A stretch of 64,000 nucleotides of DNA, taken from an uncultured Actinomycetes bacterium (GTDB lineage Bacteria; Actinomycetota; UBA4738; JACQTL01). Every line of letters starts with the position of its first letter. The stretch's first letter is position 1. Shown piece by piece: positions 1-8,857 of this stretch. The position numbers were made by a program, and so were the translations under genes. The notes beneath the pieces are model-generated. The model was given only the letters and a program-made list of their open reading frames with translations, was not told the DNA's origin and made no database searches. Where the stretch lies: NCBI GenBank assembly GCA_963772375.1, contig CAVYXG010000001.1, positions 787,809 to 851,808 of the forward strand. Direction: 5' to 3'.

Positions 1-259
1 AAGTCCTAGCGCCAGACGTGGCCTTCGCCGTGACATGAGCGGCTCGGCTCTCCCGTTGTGAATCTGACGAGGCTGCAGGATTCACTTGATGTTGCGGCCC
101 GCGCTCTTGCTCCCCCCAGAGGGGCTCTTGACGCCACGCTTCGACCGGACGCCTCTCGACGCCGGCCGGTGGCCTGCTACCAGGCGCTCCGGCGCTTACC
201 TGGGCGGGACTTGCACCCGCTGGCTCGGTCCAGCTTTCAGGACGCGACACGGCGGGATT

Positions 260-733
260 CTACGCAGCGCTCCCGCCCCGGCCGAGGAACGCCAGCAGTT
301 CCGGCAGGTGCTCGGCGACGTGCGCCGGCCCCGACTCGACGAACCACTCCTCGGCGTCCGACGTGACCTCGGGCAGGGCGCCCCATTCCTGGAACATCCG
401 CGTCCGGGCCGACTCCATCTCCGCCCACACGTCCCGGAGCGGCTGGTCCTTCATGGCCTCGTAGAAGCGCGCGTTCATGGCGTCGACGTCGACGGGGGCC
501 GAGTCGAACGTGCCGAACCGGATCTGCTCGAGGACGTTGGCGGCCTCCGCCATCCAGCACCCCAGGTGGGCAATGAGGTCCTTGGCGGTCCAGTCCTCGG
601 TGACACCGGGCTCGAGCAGCCGGTCGCGGGGAACGGCTTCGAGCGCGGCGCACAGCTCACCCCACCGGGCGTCCTCCTCCGCGATCAGCTCGCGCTTGCG
701 ATCGGCCATGTGTGCGCTCCCCTTCCTACCCAT
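260..733 (-). CDS. DinB/ClbS-like four-helix-bundle family protein
   Basis: 157-aa ORF with the motif WTAKDLIAHLGCW and an EEDARWGEL N-terminus typical of the DinB_2/ClbS superfamily. An alternative start (MADRK, about 709) would remove the 8-nt overlap with obg. Confidence 0.55.
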   Translation of the reverse strand: MGRKGSAHMADRKRELIAEEDARWGELCAALEAVPRDRLLEPGVTEDWTAKDLIAHLGCWMAEAANVLEQIRFGTFDSAPVDVDAMNARFYEAMKDQPLRDVWAEMESARTRMFQEWGALPEVTSDAEEWFVESGPAHVAEHLPELLAFLGRGGSAA

Positions 734-1976
734 CCGGGTCCGGAGGCTCGTCCCCCGGGAAGAACTCGAACGCCCGGTCGCCGATGACGACCTCGTCGCC
801 CCGGCGGGCCCCGGCGGAGGCCAGCTTGCGCTCCACGCCCTCCTTCACCAGCCGGCGCTGGAGCGTCGTCACCGAGCGGGGGTCGTCGAAGTCGGCGGCC
901 GCCACCCATCGCTCGACGTCGCGGCCGACCACGCGGAACCGCTCGCCCTCCCGGCGGACGACGAACCGCTCCCGGGCGGGGCGGAGCACGACGTAGGGCT
1001 GGAGTTCCGGCTCGTCCGACCTCACGGCGGCGACCACTCCGGCGACGCGCCGCCGGAGCTCGTCGAGGCCCTCGCCGGTGACCCCGCTCGCGACGACGGC
1101 GTCGGGACCGAGCGGTGTGGCGGCATCGGCGTTCACGAGGTCGGCCTTGGTCCCCACGACGACCTGGGACCGCTCCGCGAGCGCCGGGTCGTAGGCGGCC
1201 AGCTCGGCCCGGACGGTGGCTAGGTCGGCGGCCGGGTCCTCGGCGGTGAGGTCCACGACCAGCACCAGCACGCGGCACCGCGAGACGTGCCGGAGGAACC
1301 GGTGCCCCAGGCCCCGGCCCTCGGACGCGCCCTCGACCAGGCCCGGGATGTCGGCCACGACGAACCGCTCCTCGTCGCCGGTCACGCCGAGGTTCGGCGT
1401 GAGGGTGGTGAACGGGTAGTCGGCGATCTTGGGCCGGGCCGCCGACAGCCTGGACAGCAGCGTCGACTTCCCGGCGTTGGGCAGACCCACCAGTCCGACG
1501 TCGGCCACGATGCGGAGCTCGAGCTCGAGGCGGTGTTCCTCGCCGGGCTCGCCGGCCTCCGCCGCGCGAGGCGCCCGGTTCCGGGCGTTGGCCAGGGCCG
1601 CGTTCCCCCGGCCGCCCCTGCCGCCCCGGGCCACGACCGCCCGGGCCCCCTCCCCCACCAGGTCGGCGACCAACCCCCGCTCGTCCCGCACGAGGGTCCC
1701 GTCGGGAACCTGGACGATGAGATCGGCCGCGGCCGAGCCGCTGGAGCGGCTCTTCCCGCCCGGCTGGCCGTTCCGGGCCCGCTGGTGGGGATGGTCGGCC
1801 AGCCACGACAGGTCGCGCAGGCCGGTCGAGACCTCGAGGACCACCGAGCCCCCGTGCCCGCCGTCGCCGCCGTCCGGACCGCCCCGAGGCGTGAACGGCT
1901 CACGCCGGAACGACGCGGCCCCGTCGCCGCCCTGGCCACCCCGCACGAACACCACGGTCTCGTCCGCGAACGCCAT
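726..1976 (-). CDS. obg: GTPase Obg
   Basis: 416 aa with an N-terminal glycine-rich Obg fold (GGDGG repeats), a G domain GLPNAGKST...DIPGLVEGA, and a C-terminal OCT-like domain. Confidence 0.9.
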   Translation of the reverse strand: MAFADETVVFVRGGQGGDGAASFRREPFTPRGGPDGGDGGHGGSVVLEVSTGLRDLSWLADHPHQRARNGQPGGKSRSSGSAAADLIVQVPDGTLVRDERGLVADLVGEGARAVVARGGRGGRGNAALANARNRAPRAAEAGEPGEEHRLELELRIVADVGLVGLPNAGKSTLLSRLSAARPKIADYPFTTLTPNLGVTGDEERFVVADIPGLVEGASEGRGLGHRFLRHVSRCRVLVLVVDLTAEDPAADLATVRAELAAYDPALAERSQVVVGTKADLVNADAATPLGPDAVVASGVTGEGLDELRRRVAGVVAAVRSDEPELQPYVVLRPARERFVVRREGERFRVVGRDVERWVAAADFDDPRSVTTLQRRLVKEGVERKLASAGARRGDEVVIGDRAFEFFPGDEPPDPDG

Positions 1977-2026
1977 GTCGGAACCGATTCTCCCGAAACC
2001 CCGCCCTGGTTGGATGATGTGCGCCG

Positions 2027-2470
2027 ATGGAACAGGACCGCTCCCCGAGCCGCGACGCCCCGGCCCAGCCGGCCGCGATCCCCGCGCGCGTGTGGCTCAG
2101 CCGGCTCGGCATGCCGGGCGGCGACATCGAGGGAACCCTCCGCCTCACCGCGACGCACCTCCGGTTCGAGCACCGTCGGGGCGCGGACCACGAGGTGGTT
2201 CCGCTCACCGCCGTCCGCCGGGTCAAGCGGCCTGTCGGCTCGCCGGTCCTCTACGTCGAGTACACGCGGGACGCGGAATTGGTTCGGCTGGCGTTCTTCT
2301 TCGCCCAGCCGCCGCCCATCGACGAGGACGTGTCGAAGGTGCGGGCCCGCCGCAAGCGGAGCGACAACGCCGGGTTCATGTGGCAGCAGAGCGGGGACGT
2401 GGCGGCCGTCGTCCGGTCGTGGCGGAACGCGATCCGGGAGGCCGTGAAGCGGGCCCGAACGGCCGATTGA
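2027..2470 (+). CDS. hypothetical protein (possible bacterial PH-like domain)
   Basis: 147-aa ORF between obg and rpmA with protein-like composition in its C-terminal 120 aa. The true start may be the ATG at about 2108 (MPGGDIEG). Confidence 0.4.
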   Translation: MEQDRSPSRDAPAQPAAIPARVWLSRLGMPGGDIEGTLRLTATHLRFEHRRGADHEVVPLTAVRRVKRPVGSPVLYVEYTRDAELVRLAFFFAQPPPIDEDVSKVRARRKRSDNAGFMWQQSGDVAAVVRSWRNAIREAVKRARTAD

Positions 2471-2475
2471 GGGGG

Positions 2476-2733
2476 CTACTCGGAGGGAGCGGTGATCGTC
2501 GCGAACCTGCGGCCGTTGGACTCGTGGAAGCCGACCGAGCCGGAGCGGCGAGCGTACAACGTGTCGTCGCTGCCCTTGCCCACGCCCTCACCCGGGTGGA
2601 TCCGCGTGCCACGCTGGCGCACGATGATCGTGCCGGCGGTCACGTCCTGACCGCCGAACGCCTTCACGCCGAGCCGCTTGGACTCGGAGTCCCTCCCGTT
2701 GCGTGAGGAGCCGCCGCCCTTCTTGTGAGCCAT
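2476..2733 (-). CDS. rpmA: 50S ribosomal protein L27
   Basis: 85 aa, [24 protein letters not shown], the canonical L27 N-terminus. Confidence 0.95.
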   Translation of the reverse strand: MAHKKGGGSSRNGRDSESKRLGVKAFGGQDVTAGTIIVRQRGTRIHPGEGVGKGSDDTLYARRSGSVGFHESNGRRFATITAPSE

Positions 2734-2755
2734 GGTCGCTCCAGGGTACCAGCCG

Positions 2756-3343
2756 CTACTCGCCCGCTTCCGCCTCGGCCTGTGCGTCGGACTCGCCGGG
2801 CTCGGCGGCGTCGGGGCCCGCCTCGGCCTCGGCCGCGACCTCGGCGACCTCCGCGGGCGGCGTCTCGGCCGGCGCGGTCTCGGCCGCGGTCTCCTCCGCG
2901 TCGGCCGCCGATGCCGGTTCAGCCGCTGCGGCCCTCTTCGCCGCCGCCGTCCTGGAGGCCGTGGACTTCGCCGACGACTTCGGCTTCGGTTCCTCGGACC
3001 CGACGTCGTCTGCAGCCTTCTTCGCGGCCGGCTGGCCGGGGAGCTTGATCTCGCCGATCTCCACCAGCGTGTACATCTGGCGGTGCCCGGTGTGACGGGC
3101 GTAGCCGGTCTTGTTCCGGTACTTGAAGACCTTGACCTTCTCGCCCTTCTGCTCGCCGACGAGCTTGCCGGTCACGACGGCCTTCGCGATCTCCTTGCCG
3201 ACGTGCGTCTTGTTGGCGTCGTCGACGACGAGCAGCGGCTGGAACTGCACCGCGTCGTCCTTCGCGTGCATCAACTCGACCTCGATGACGTCGCCGGGCT
3301 TCACCCGGTGCTGCTTTCCGCCTGCCTTGATGACGGCGTACAT
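2756..3343 (-). CDS. rplU: 50S ribosomal protein L21 with an acidic Ala/Glu/Pro-rich C-terminal extension
   Basis: Begins [23 protein letters not shown] (L21 signature). The start was fixed by counting 195 aa back from the stop, with ATG at 3341-3343. The C-terminal 90 aa or so are low-complexity A/E/P. Confidence 0.88.
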   Translation of the reverse strand: MYAVIKAGGKQHRVKPGDVIEVELMHAKDDAVQFQPLLVVDDANKTHVGKEIAKAVVTGKLVGEQKGEKVKVFKYRNKTGYARHTGHRQMYTLVEIGEIKLPGQPAAKKAADDVGSEEPKPKSSAKSTASRTAAAKRAAAAEPASAADAEETAAETAPAETPPAEVAEVAAEAEAGPDAAEPGESDAQAEAEAGE

Positions 3344-3405
3344 GTCGGTTGCCTCCTCGCGTTCAACGGGCGCCACCAGCCGGCGGCGCCCGCGAGCGTC
3401 TCGTG

Positions 3406-5916
3406 TCAGATCTCGTGCGTGATCAGTATGCCGCGCCCGCCGCAGGTCGGACACGTCTCGCTGAACGAGTCCAGCAGGCCCCCCGACACACGCTTGCGCG
3501 TGATCTCGAGGATCCCGAGCGGGCTGATGTCGAACACCTGCGAGCGCGTCTTGTCCTTGGCCATCGCGGTGTTGATCGTGTCGATGACCTCGCGCTTGTT
3601 CTTCTCGAGCAGCATGTCGATGAAGTCGATCAGGATCATGCCGCCGATGTCCCGCAGGCGGAGCTGCCGGGCGATCTCCTCGGCGGCCTCGAGGTTGGTC
3701 TTCGTGACCGTCTCCTCGAGGTTCGCCTTGCCGACGTGCTTGCCGGTGTTCACGTCGATGACGGTCATGGCCTCGGTCTTGTCGATGACGAGGTACCCGC
3801 CGGACGGGAGCCACACCTTGCGCTCGAGCGCCTTGTGGATCTGCTCGATCAGGTGGTACTGCTCGAACAGCGGCAGCCGGCCGTCGTGCATCCGGACCTT
3901 GTCGACGAGCTCCGGGGCCACGCCCCGCAGGTACTCGCGGATCGTGGCGAGCACCGGCTCGGAGTCCGTGACGATCTCGCGGAACTCCTCGTCGTTGAAC
4001 AGATCGCGGACCACGCGGACCGTGAGTTCGGGCTCCTCGTACAGCAGCGCCGGAGCCTTGGCCTTCTTCGAGCGCTTCGAGATCTGCTCCCACTCCGCGG
4101 CGAGCCGGCGGAGGTCGTCGGTGAGGTCCTGCTCGGTGGCGCCCTCGGCGGCGGTGCGGACGATCACGCCGTGCTGCTCCGGGTGGACCTTCTTGATGAT
4201 CGCGCGGAGGCGACGGCGTTCGTTGTCGGGCAGCCGCCGGCTGATGCCGAACACGTCGGAGTTCGGGACCATCACCACGTAGCGGCCCGGGAGGCTGATC
4301 TCCTGGGTGAGGCGGGGGCCCTTGCCGCCGATCGGGTCCTTCGTCACCTGCACCAGCGCGGCCTGGCCCGCCTTGATGACCTGCTCGATGCGCTGCTGAC
4401 GGCCGCCGATGTCCTCGTCGTAGCTCACCTCGCCGGCGTACAGCACGGCGTTGCGGCCCTTGCCGATGTCGATGAACGCGGCCTCCATGCCGGGGAGCAC
4501 GTTCTGCACGCGGCCGAGGTAGATGTTGCCGACCATCGACTTCGCGCCGACGCGGGTGATGTAGTGCTCGACCAGCTGGCGGTCCTCGACGACCGCGATC
4601 TGGTCGCGCTCGCCGTGCTCGGTGATGAGCATGAGCTTGTCGGTGCCGCGGGGAACGACCGGCATGGGCTCGCGACGGCGCATGGTGGCGCGGGACCGCC
4701 GGGTGCGCGTCGGGCCGCCGTCGTCGCCGGCCTCGGTGCTCTTCGCGGCCCGAGACCGCGACCTGGTCCTGGTCGGGGGAGCGGCCTCCGCCCTGCCGCC
4801 CGCCTTGGCCTTGGCCTCGGTCTTGGTCTTGCCACCCGCCTTGGCCTCGGTCTTGGCTCCTGTCTTGGCCTCGGCCTTGGCACCTGTCTTGGTGTCGCCC
4901 TTGGCTGCGGTCCTCGTTCCGGTCCGGGCGCTCTGTCGCTTGGCATGCTGCGGCTGCTTCGCCCCGGAACCGCCGGCGGTGGCGCCGCCGTCCCCGGCGT
5001 CATCGGCGGCCGCGGCCTCGCCGCCCTCCACCGATTGGGATCCGCTCCGGCGGCGGCGGCGGCGGCGGCGTTTGGCCGAGGCCGACAGGGGAGCGTCGTC
5101 GCCGGACGACGCCGGCCGGTCCAATTCGGCTTCCCCTTCCCCAGAGGGCTCCGACCCCGCCTCGGCAGGTGCGTCCGCGGCTGCCGAGGGCTCCCGTCGG
5201 GCGCGGGGCGGGCGAGGCATGGACGTATGCTCCTCGGCGGCCTCGCCGGACGCGGCCGCCTCGCCGGCGTTCGGTGGGGCCGGGGCCTCGTCGGAAGCGC
5301 CGGCCCCCGCGCCGCCCGACCGGCTCCGCCCGCGGCCGCGGCTGCCGCGATGGCGGCGCCTCGGTCCCGTGGCCGTCCCCGTCGACTGGTCGCCCGAGGC
5401 CGCTTCGGACCCGGCGCCCGTGGCCTCGGCGGACTCCGGCGTCCCGCCGCCCGACGACGTCTCACCGTCACCGACCGTGGCCTGCGATCCGGCGTCAGGG
5501 CTCGCGGGACGCGGCGTGGGACGCCTGGCCTGGCCACTCCGGCCGGATCCGCTTCGCGCGGGGGCGCCGTCGCCGTCCGCGGTCACGTCGGCCGTCGACT
5601 CCGGGGCGGCGCCGTCGGACGCCTCGTCGCCGTTCGCGGCGGCTCCGGTGGACGCGCCCGAACCGGACCGCCCCCTGCCACGGCCGCCGCGCCGGCGCCG
5701 GCGCCTCGCGGCGGTGGTCGTGCCGGCCCCGGCGCCGTCGGCGGGCGCGTTCGACCCCGGGCCGTCCTTCGCCGAGCCGGAGTCGGAGCCGGAGCTCGTG
5801 TCGGAACCCGTCGCGGATCCCACGGAGTCGGACCGGGGCTCGGATGCGGCGGAATCGGGTCCGGGCGCGTCGGCGCCGGCCCGCTCGGTGACGGCCCCCT
5901 GGGGCTCGTCGTTCAT
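3406..5916 (-). CDS. rne: ribonuclease E/G family endoribonuclease (RNase E)
   Basis: 836-aa ORF. The C-terminal ~430 aa carry an S1 domain (MLITEHGERDQIAVVEDRQLVEHY...) and an RNase E/G catalytic core (DVNTGKHVGK, DFIDM). The N-terminal ~400 aa are an Arg/Ser/Gly-rich disordered arm with poly-R tracts. Confidence 0.85.
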   Translation of the reverse strand: MNDEPQGAVTERAGADAPGPDSAASEPRSDSVGSATGSDTSSGSDSGSAKDGPGSNAPADGAGAGTTTAARRRRRRGGRGRGRSGSGASTGAAANGDEASDGAAPESTADVTADGDGAPARSGSGRSGQARRPTPRPASPDAGSQATVGDGETSSGGGTPESAEATGAGSEAASGDQSTGTATGPRRRHRGSRGRGRSRSGGAGAGASDEAPAPPNAGEAAASGEAAEEHTSMPRPPRARREPSAAADAPAEAGSEPSGEGEAELDRPASSGDDAPLSASAKRRRRRRRRSGSQSVEGGEAAAADDAGDGGATAGGSGAKQPQHAKRQSARTGTRTAAKGDTKTGAKAEAKTGAKTEAKAGGKTKTEAKAKAGGRAEAAPPTRTRSRSRAAKSTEAGDDGGPTRTRRSRATMRRREPMPVVPRGTDKLMLITEHGERDQIAVVEDRQLVEHYITRVGAKSMVGNIYLGRVQNVLPGMEAAFIDIGKGRNAVLYAGEVSYDEDIGGRQQRIEQVIKAGQAALVQVTKDPIGGKGPRLTQEISLPGRYVVMVPNSDVFGISRRLPDNERRRLRAIIKKVHPEQHGVIVRTAAEGATEQDLTDDLRRLAAEWEQISKRSKKAKAPALLYEEPELTVRVVRDLFNDEEFREIVTDSEPVLATIREYLRGVAPELVDKVRMHDGRLPLFEQYHLIEQIHKALERKVWLPSGGYLVIDKTEAMTVIDVNTGKHVGKANLEETVTKTNLEAAEEIARQLRLRDIGGMILIDFIDMLLEKNKREVIDTINTAMAKDKTRSQVFDISPLGILEITRKRVSGGLLDSFSETCPTCGGRGILITHEI

Positions 5917-6425
5917 GCGGTTCTCCCTTCCCTCGTCGGGAACCTCGGAGCGGAAGGGTGCGCGGGCGCTTCGATCCGGTCACCCGGAGCGCGCGCTGCG
6001 CGCGGGAACGTCTTCAGCACACCGTGCGCGGTCTCCCGGCGCCGGTCGGTACGCCCCTGGAGGGTCCAGGCGACGCCGTCGGCGGCCAGTGGCCGCAGCG
6101 CGGCCGAGGTTCTCCTCTCGCCTGGCTTCGGGCCTCGCTCTGGGGGAGCGCCGGCCCGATCAGCCGGCGAGCACGTCTTCGGTGGCGGCGGGACCGGCTC
6201 GGCACGCCGGGTCGCCGTCGGCCTCCCGCGTCGCACGCGACGCGGACAGCTACGGACAAGGATAGCAATGCGGGGGGCCACCTGCTTCGAAAGCGCCGAA
6301 CAATCGGATCACTGGAATCGGGCAATGGTCGATGCCCATTTCGGGGTCGGACTTCCGTCGTATCAAGAGGAGCGTCCGGACCGCCGATCCCACAGACGAC
6401 ATGCGCATGAATTGGTCGAACGGGC
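5917..6425 (-). promoter_or_regulatory. long 5' leader / promoter region upstream of rne, divergent from the REC-HK gene
   Basis: About 500 nt with no credible ORF between the rne start and the divergent gene. By analogy with the autoregulated E. coli rne 5'UTR. Confidence 0.3.
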
Positions 6426-6554
6426 GTGGCTGACGCGCACCTCCGTTCCTGGCTCGGCCCCGTCACGCCCGGCGGCGACGCCCGCCGGCCGGGGACGCTG
6501 TTCTCCGCGCCCGTCGCCGGCCCGGTGCCCGGCGAGCCACGGGCGCTCCGCGTG

Positions 6555-7670
6555 ATGGTCGTCGACGACAACGACGGATTCCGGGAGTCGCTGGTGGCCC
6601 TGCTGGCAGCCGGCGGACACCAGATCGCCGGCGAGGCCACCAACGGAAGGGACGCCCTCGAGCTCCTCGAGCGGATCGACCCCGACGTAGTGCTGATGGA
6701 CATCCGGATGCCGGTCATGGACGGCATCGAGGCCACCCGCCGGATGAAGGTCGCCCGACCGTCGCTCGGCGTGGTCGCGCTCACCGCGCAGGAGGACGAC
6801 ACGATCGTCCGCGAGATGCTGGTCGCCGGCGCCACGGGCTACGTGCTGAAGGACTCCGACGGCGACGTGATCCTGAACGCGATCTCGGAGGCGGCCGGCG
6901 GCGGCGCCGTGCTCTCCCCCACGGTCGCCCCGCGCGTGATCGACCAGCTGACCGAGGCCCTCGAACGGGAGCGCCACCGTGCCCGCGAGCTCGAGGAGGC
7001 CCACGTGGCCCTGGTGGAACGTGTGAGCCGCCGCCACGAGCTGGTCGCGCGGCTGGGCCACGAGCTCCGGACCCCGATCACCGTCATCCTCGGCGTCGCC
7101 CGGACGCTCGCCGGCGGCGGCCTCGAGACCCGCCAGCGCGACGAGCTGCTCGAACGCCTGGTCGGCCGGGCCACCGCGCTGTCCCACCTGGTGGAGCGGT
7201 TCGAATCGGCGCTCGACACGGGGTCGGAGGACCGCATCGACATCGCGGCGACGGCCCGCGAGCTGGCGACCGCGTGGCCCCGGGTGCGGGTGACGTCGGA
7301 GCCGGGCCTCCCCGCGGTCCTGGCCAACCGGGTCCTGGTCCAGCGGATCCTCGAGGAGCTGGTCGACAACGCGTGCAAGTTCTCCGACCCCGAGAGCCCG
7401 GTCGAGGTCTCGGTGACGCTCGGGGCCGGGGCGCTCCAGGTCCGGATCACCGACGCCGGGGAGGGCATCCGGCCCGAGGACCAGGACCGTGTGTTCGAAC
7501 CGCTGGAACAGGCCGAGGCCCTCGACGCGCGCATCCACCAGGGCGCCGGCGTCGGCCTGTCGCTCGGGCGCGCCGCGGCGCGGGCCATGGACGGCGACCT
7601 GGTGCTGGAGCGATCCGGGCCGAGCGGGTCGACGTTCCTGTGGACGGTGGCGCTGCCGCCGATGCGGTAG
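6555..7670 (+). CDS. hybrid two-component protein: N-terminal receiver (REC) domain fused to HisKA + HATPase_c
   Basis: VMVVDDNDGFRESL...VVLMDIRMPVMDG is a REC domain with its Asp. It is followed by a coiled coil, an H-box LGHELRTPITVILG and an ATPase domain (ELVDNACKFS, GAGVGLSLGRAAA). No transmembrane or sensor domain. Start at ATG 6555 (or GTG 6552). Confidence 0.8.
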   Translation: MVVDDNDGFRESLVALLAAGGHQIAGEATNGRDALELLERIDPDVVLMDIRMPVMDGIEATRRMKVARPSLGVVALTAQEDDTIVREMLVAGATGYVLKDSDGDVILNAISEAAGGGAVLSPTVAPRVIDQLTEALERERHRARELEEAHVALVERVSRRHELVARLGHELRTPITVILGVARTLAGGGLETRQRDELLERLVGRATALSHLVERFESALDTGSEDRIDIAATARELATAWPRVRVTSEPGLPAVLANRVLVQRILEELVDNACKFSDPESPVEVSVTLGAGALQVRITDAGEGIRPEDQDRVFEPLEQAEALDARIHQGAGVGLSLGRAAARAMDGDLVLERSGPSGSTFLWTVALPPMR

Positions 7671-7688
7671 CCGCGGAGTCGACGAGGC

Positions 7689-8852
7689 TCAGCCCATCGC
7701 GCCGACCGTCAGCCGGCGCATGTGGATGTTCAGCAGCAGCCCAACCGCCAGGTAGCTCGCGACCAGCGACGACCCCCCGTACGACACGAACGGCAGCGGG
7801 ATCCCCGTGATCGGCATGATCCCCACGGTCATGCCGATATTGACGAACATCTGGATGGCGAACATCGACGCGATGCCGGCGGCCAGGTAGGTCCCGAACC
7901 TGTCCTTCGACAGCATCGCGATCCGGATGGCCCGCCACAGCAGCACCGCGTACAGCAGCAGCAGCAGCGCCGACCCGACGAACCCGAACTCCTCCCCGAT
8001 GACCGTGAAGATGAAGTCGGTGTGCTGCTCGGGGACGAAGTTCAGGTTGGTTTGCGTCCCCTGCAGATAGCCGGTGCCCTCGAAGCCGCCGTTGCCGACG
8101 GCGATCTCCGACTGCTTCTGGTTGTAGGTGGCGGCGGTGGTCCCGCCGCCGGTGAACCCGGTCAGCCGGTCGATCTGGTACTGCCTGATGAGCCCGGCCT
8201 GGAACGCCAGGGCGATCAGCAGGATGCCGACCGCCATCAGCACGCCGATGTGCCGCGCCCTGGCCCCGGCGACGACCACGATCCCCCCGAGGATGGCCGC
8301 GAGCACGATGGTCGTGCCGATGTCCGGTTGGATGAACACGAGGATCATGGGGATGAGCGCGATGACGGAGGCCCGGATGAGGTCGCGGAGGGACAGCTCC
8401 GGCGTCTTCAGCTCCGACAGGAACGCCGCGAGCATGATCGCGACCGCGATCTTGGTCCACTCCGACGGCGTGAACTGGAACCCGCCCACGTAGAACCCGC
8501 GCTGCGCGCCCTTGGCGGCGGTGCCGAGCGGCGTCCGGACGAGCAGGAGCAGGAACAGCGTCGCCGCGTACAGGATCGGCGCGTACACCTTCGCCAGCCG
8601 GTAGTCGACGAGCGCCACCCCGCCCAGGATGAGCACGGCGATCACCCACGCCAGAATCTGCTTCTTGACGAACGCCCACGGGTCGCCGCCCACGGCCACC
8701 TGGTGTGTCGCGGAGAAGATGGCGAAGGCACCGACCAGGGTGAGCAGGAACGTCGTCGCCAGCAGCACGGGGTCGAGGTGGCGGACCGGCGCGCGGTCGC
8801 TGAGGGAACCGATCCCCAGGGAACCCCGGCCGCGCTCCGTCGTCACCTGCAT
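7689..8852 (-). CDS. rodA: rod shape-determining protein RodA (SEDS family glycosyltransferase)
   Basis: 387 aa, multi-TM, FtsW/RodA motifs (GEEFGFVGSALLLLLY, PFVSYGGSSL). ATG at 8850-8852 by residue count. Confidence 0.9.
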   Translation of the reverse strand: MQVTTERGRGSLGIGSLSDRAPVRHLDPVLLATTFLLTLVGAFAIFSATHQVAVGGDPWAFVKKQILAWVIAVLILGGVALVDYRLAKVYAPILYAATLFLLLLVRTPLGTAAKGAQRGFYVGGFQFTPSEWTKIAVAIMLAAFLSELKTPELSLRDLIRASVIALIPMILVFIQPDIGTTIVLAAILGGIVVVAGARARHIGVLMAVGILLIALAFQAGLIRQYQIDRLTGFTGGGTTAATYNQKQSEIAVGNGGFEGTGYLQGTQTNLNFVPEQHTDFIFTVIGEEFGFVGSALLLLLYAVLLWRAIRIAMLSKDRFGTYLAAGIASMFAIQMFVNIGMTVGIMPITGIPLPFVSYGGSSLVASYLAVGLLLNIHMRRLTVGAMG

Positions 8853-8857
8853 CCGAG

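Noticed and set aside
58-787. Plus-strand ORFs at the window start (58-366, 86-787)
   Set aside because: They lie opposite the DinB/ClbS-like gene and have low-complexity translations; these are frame artefacts.
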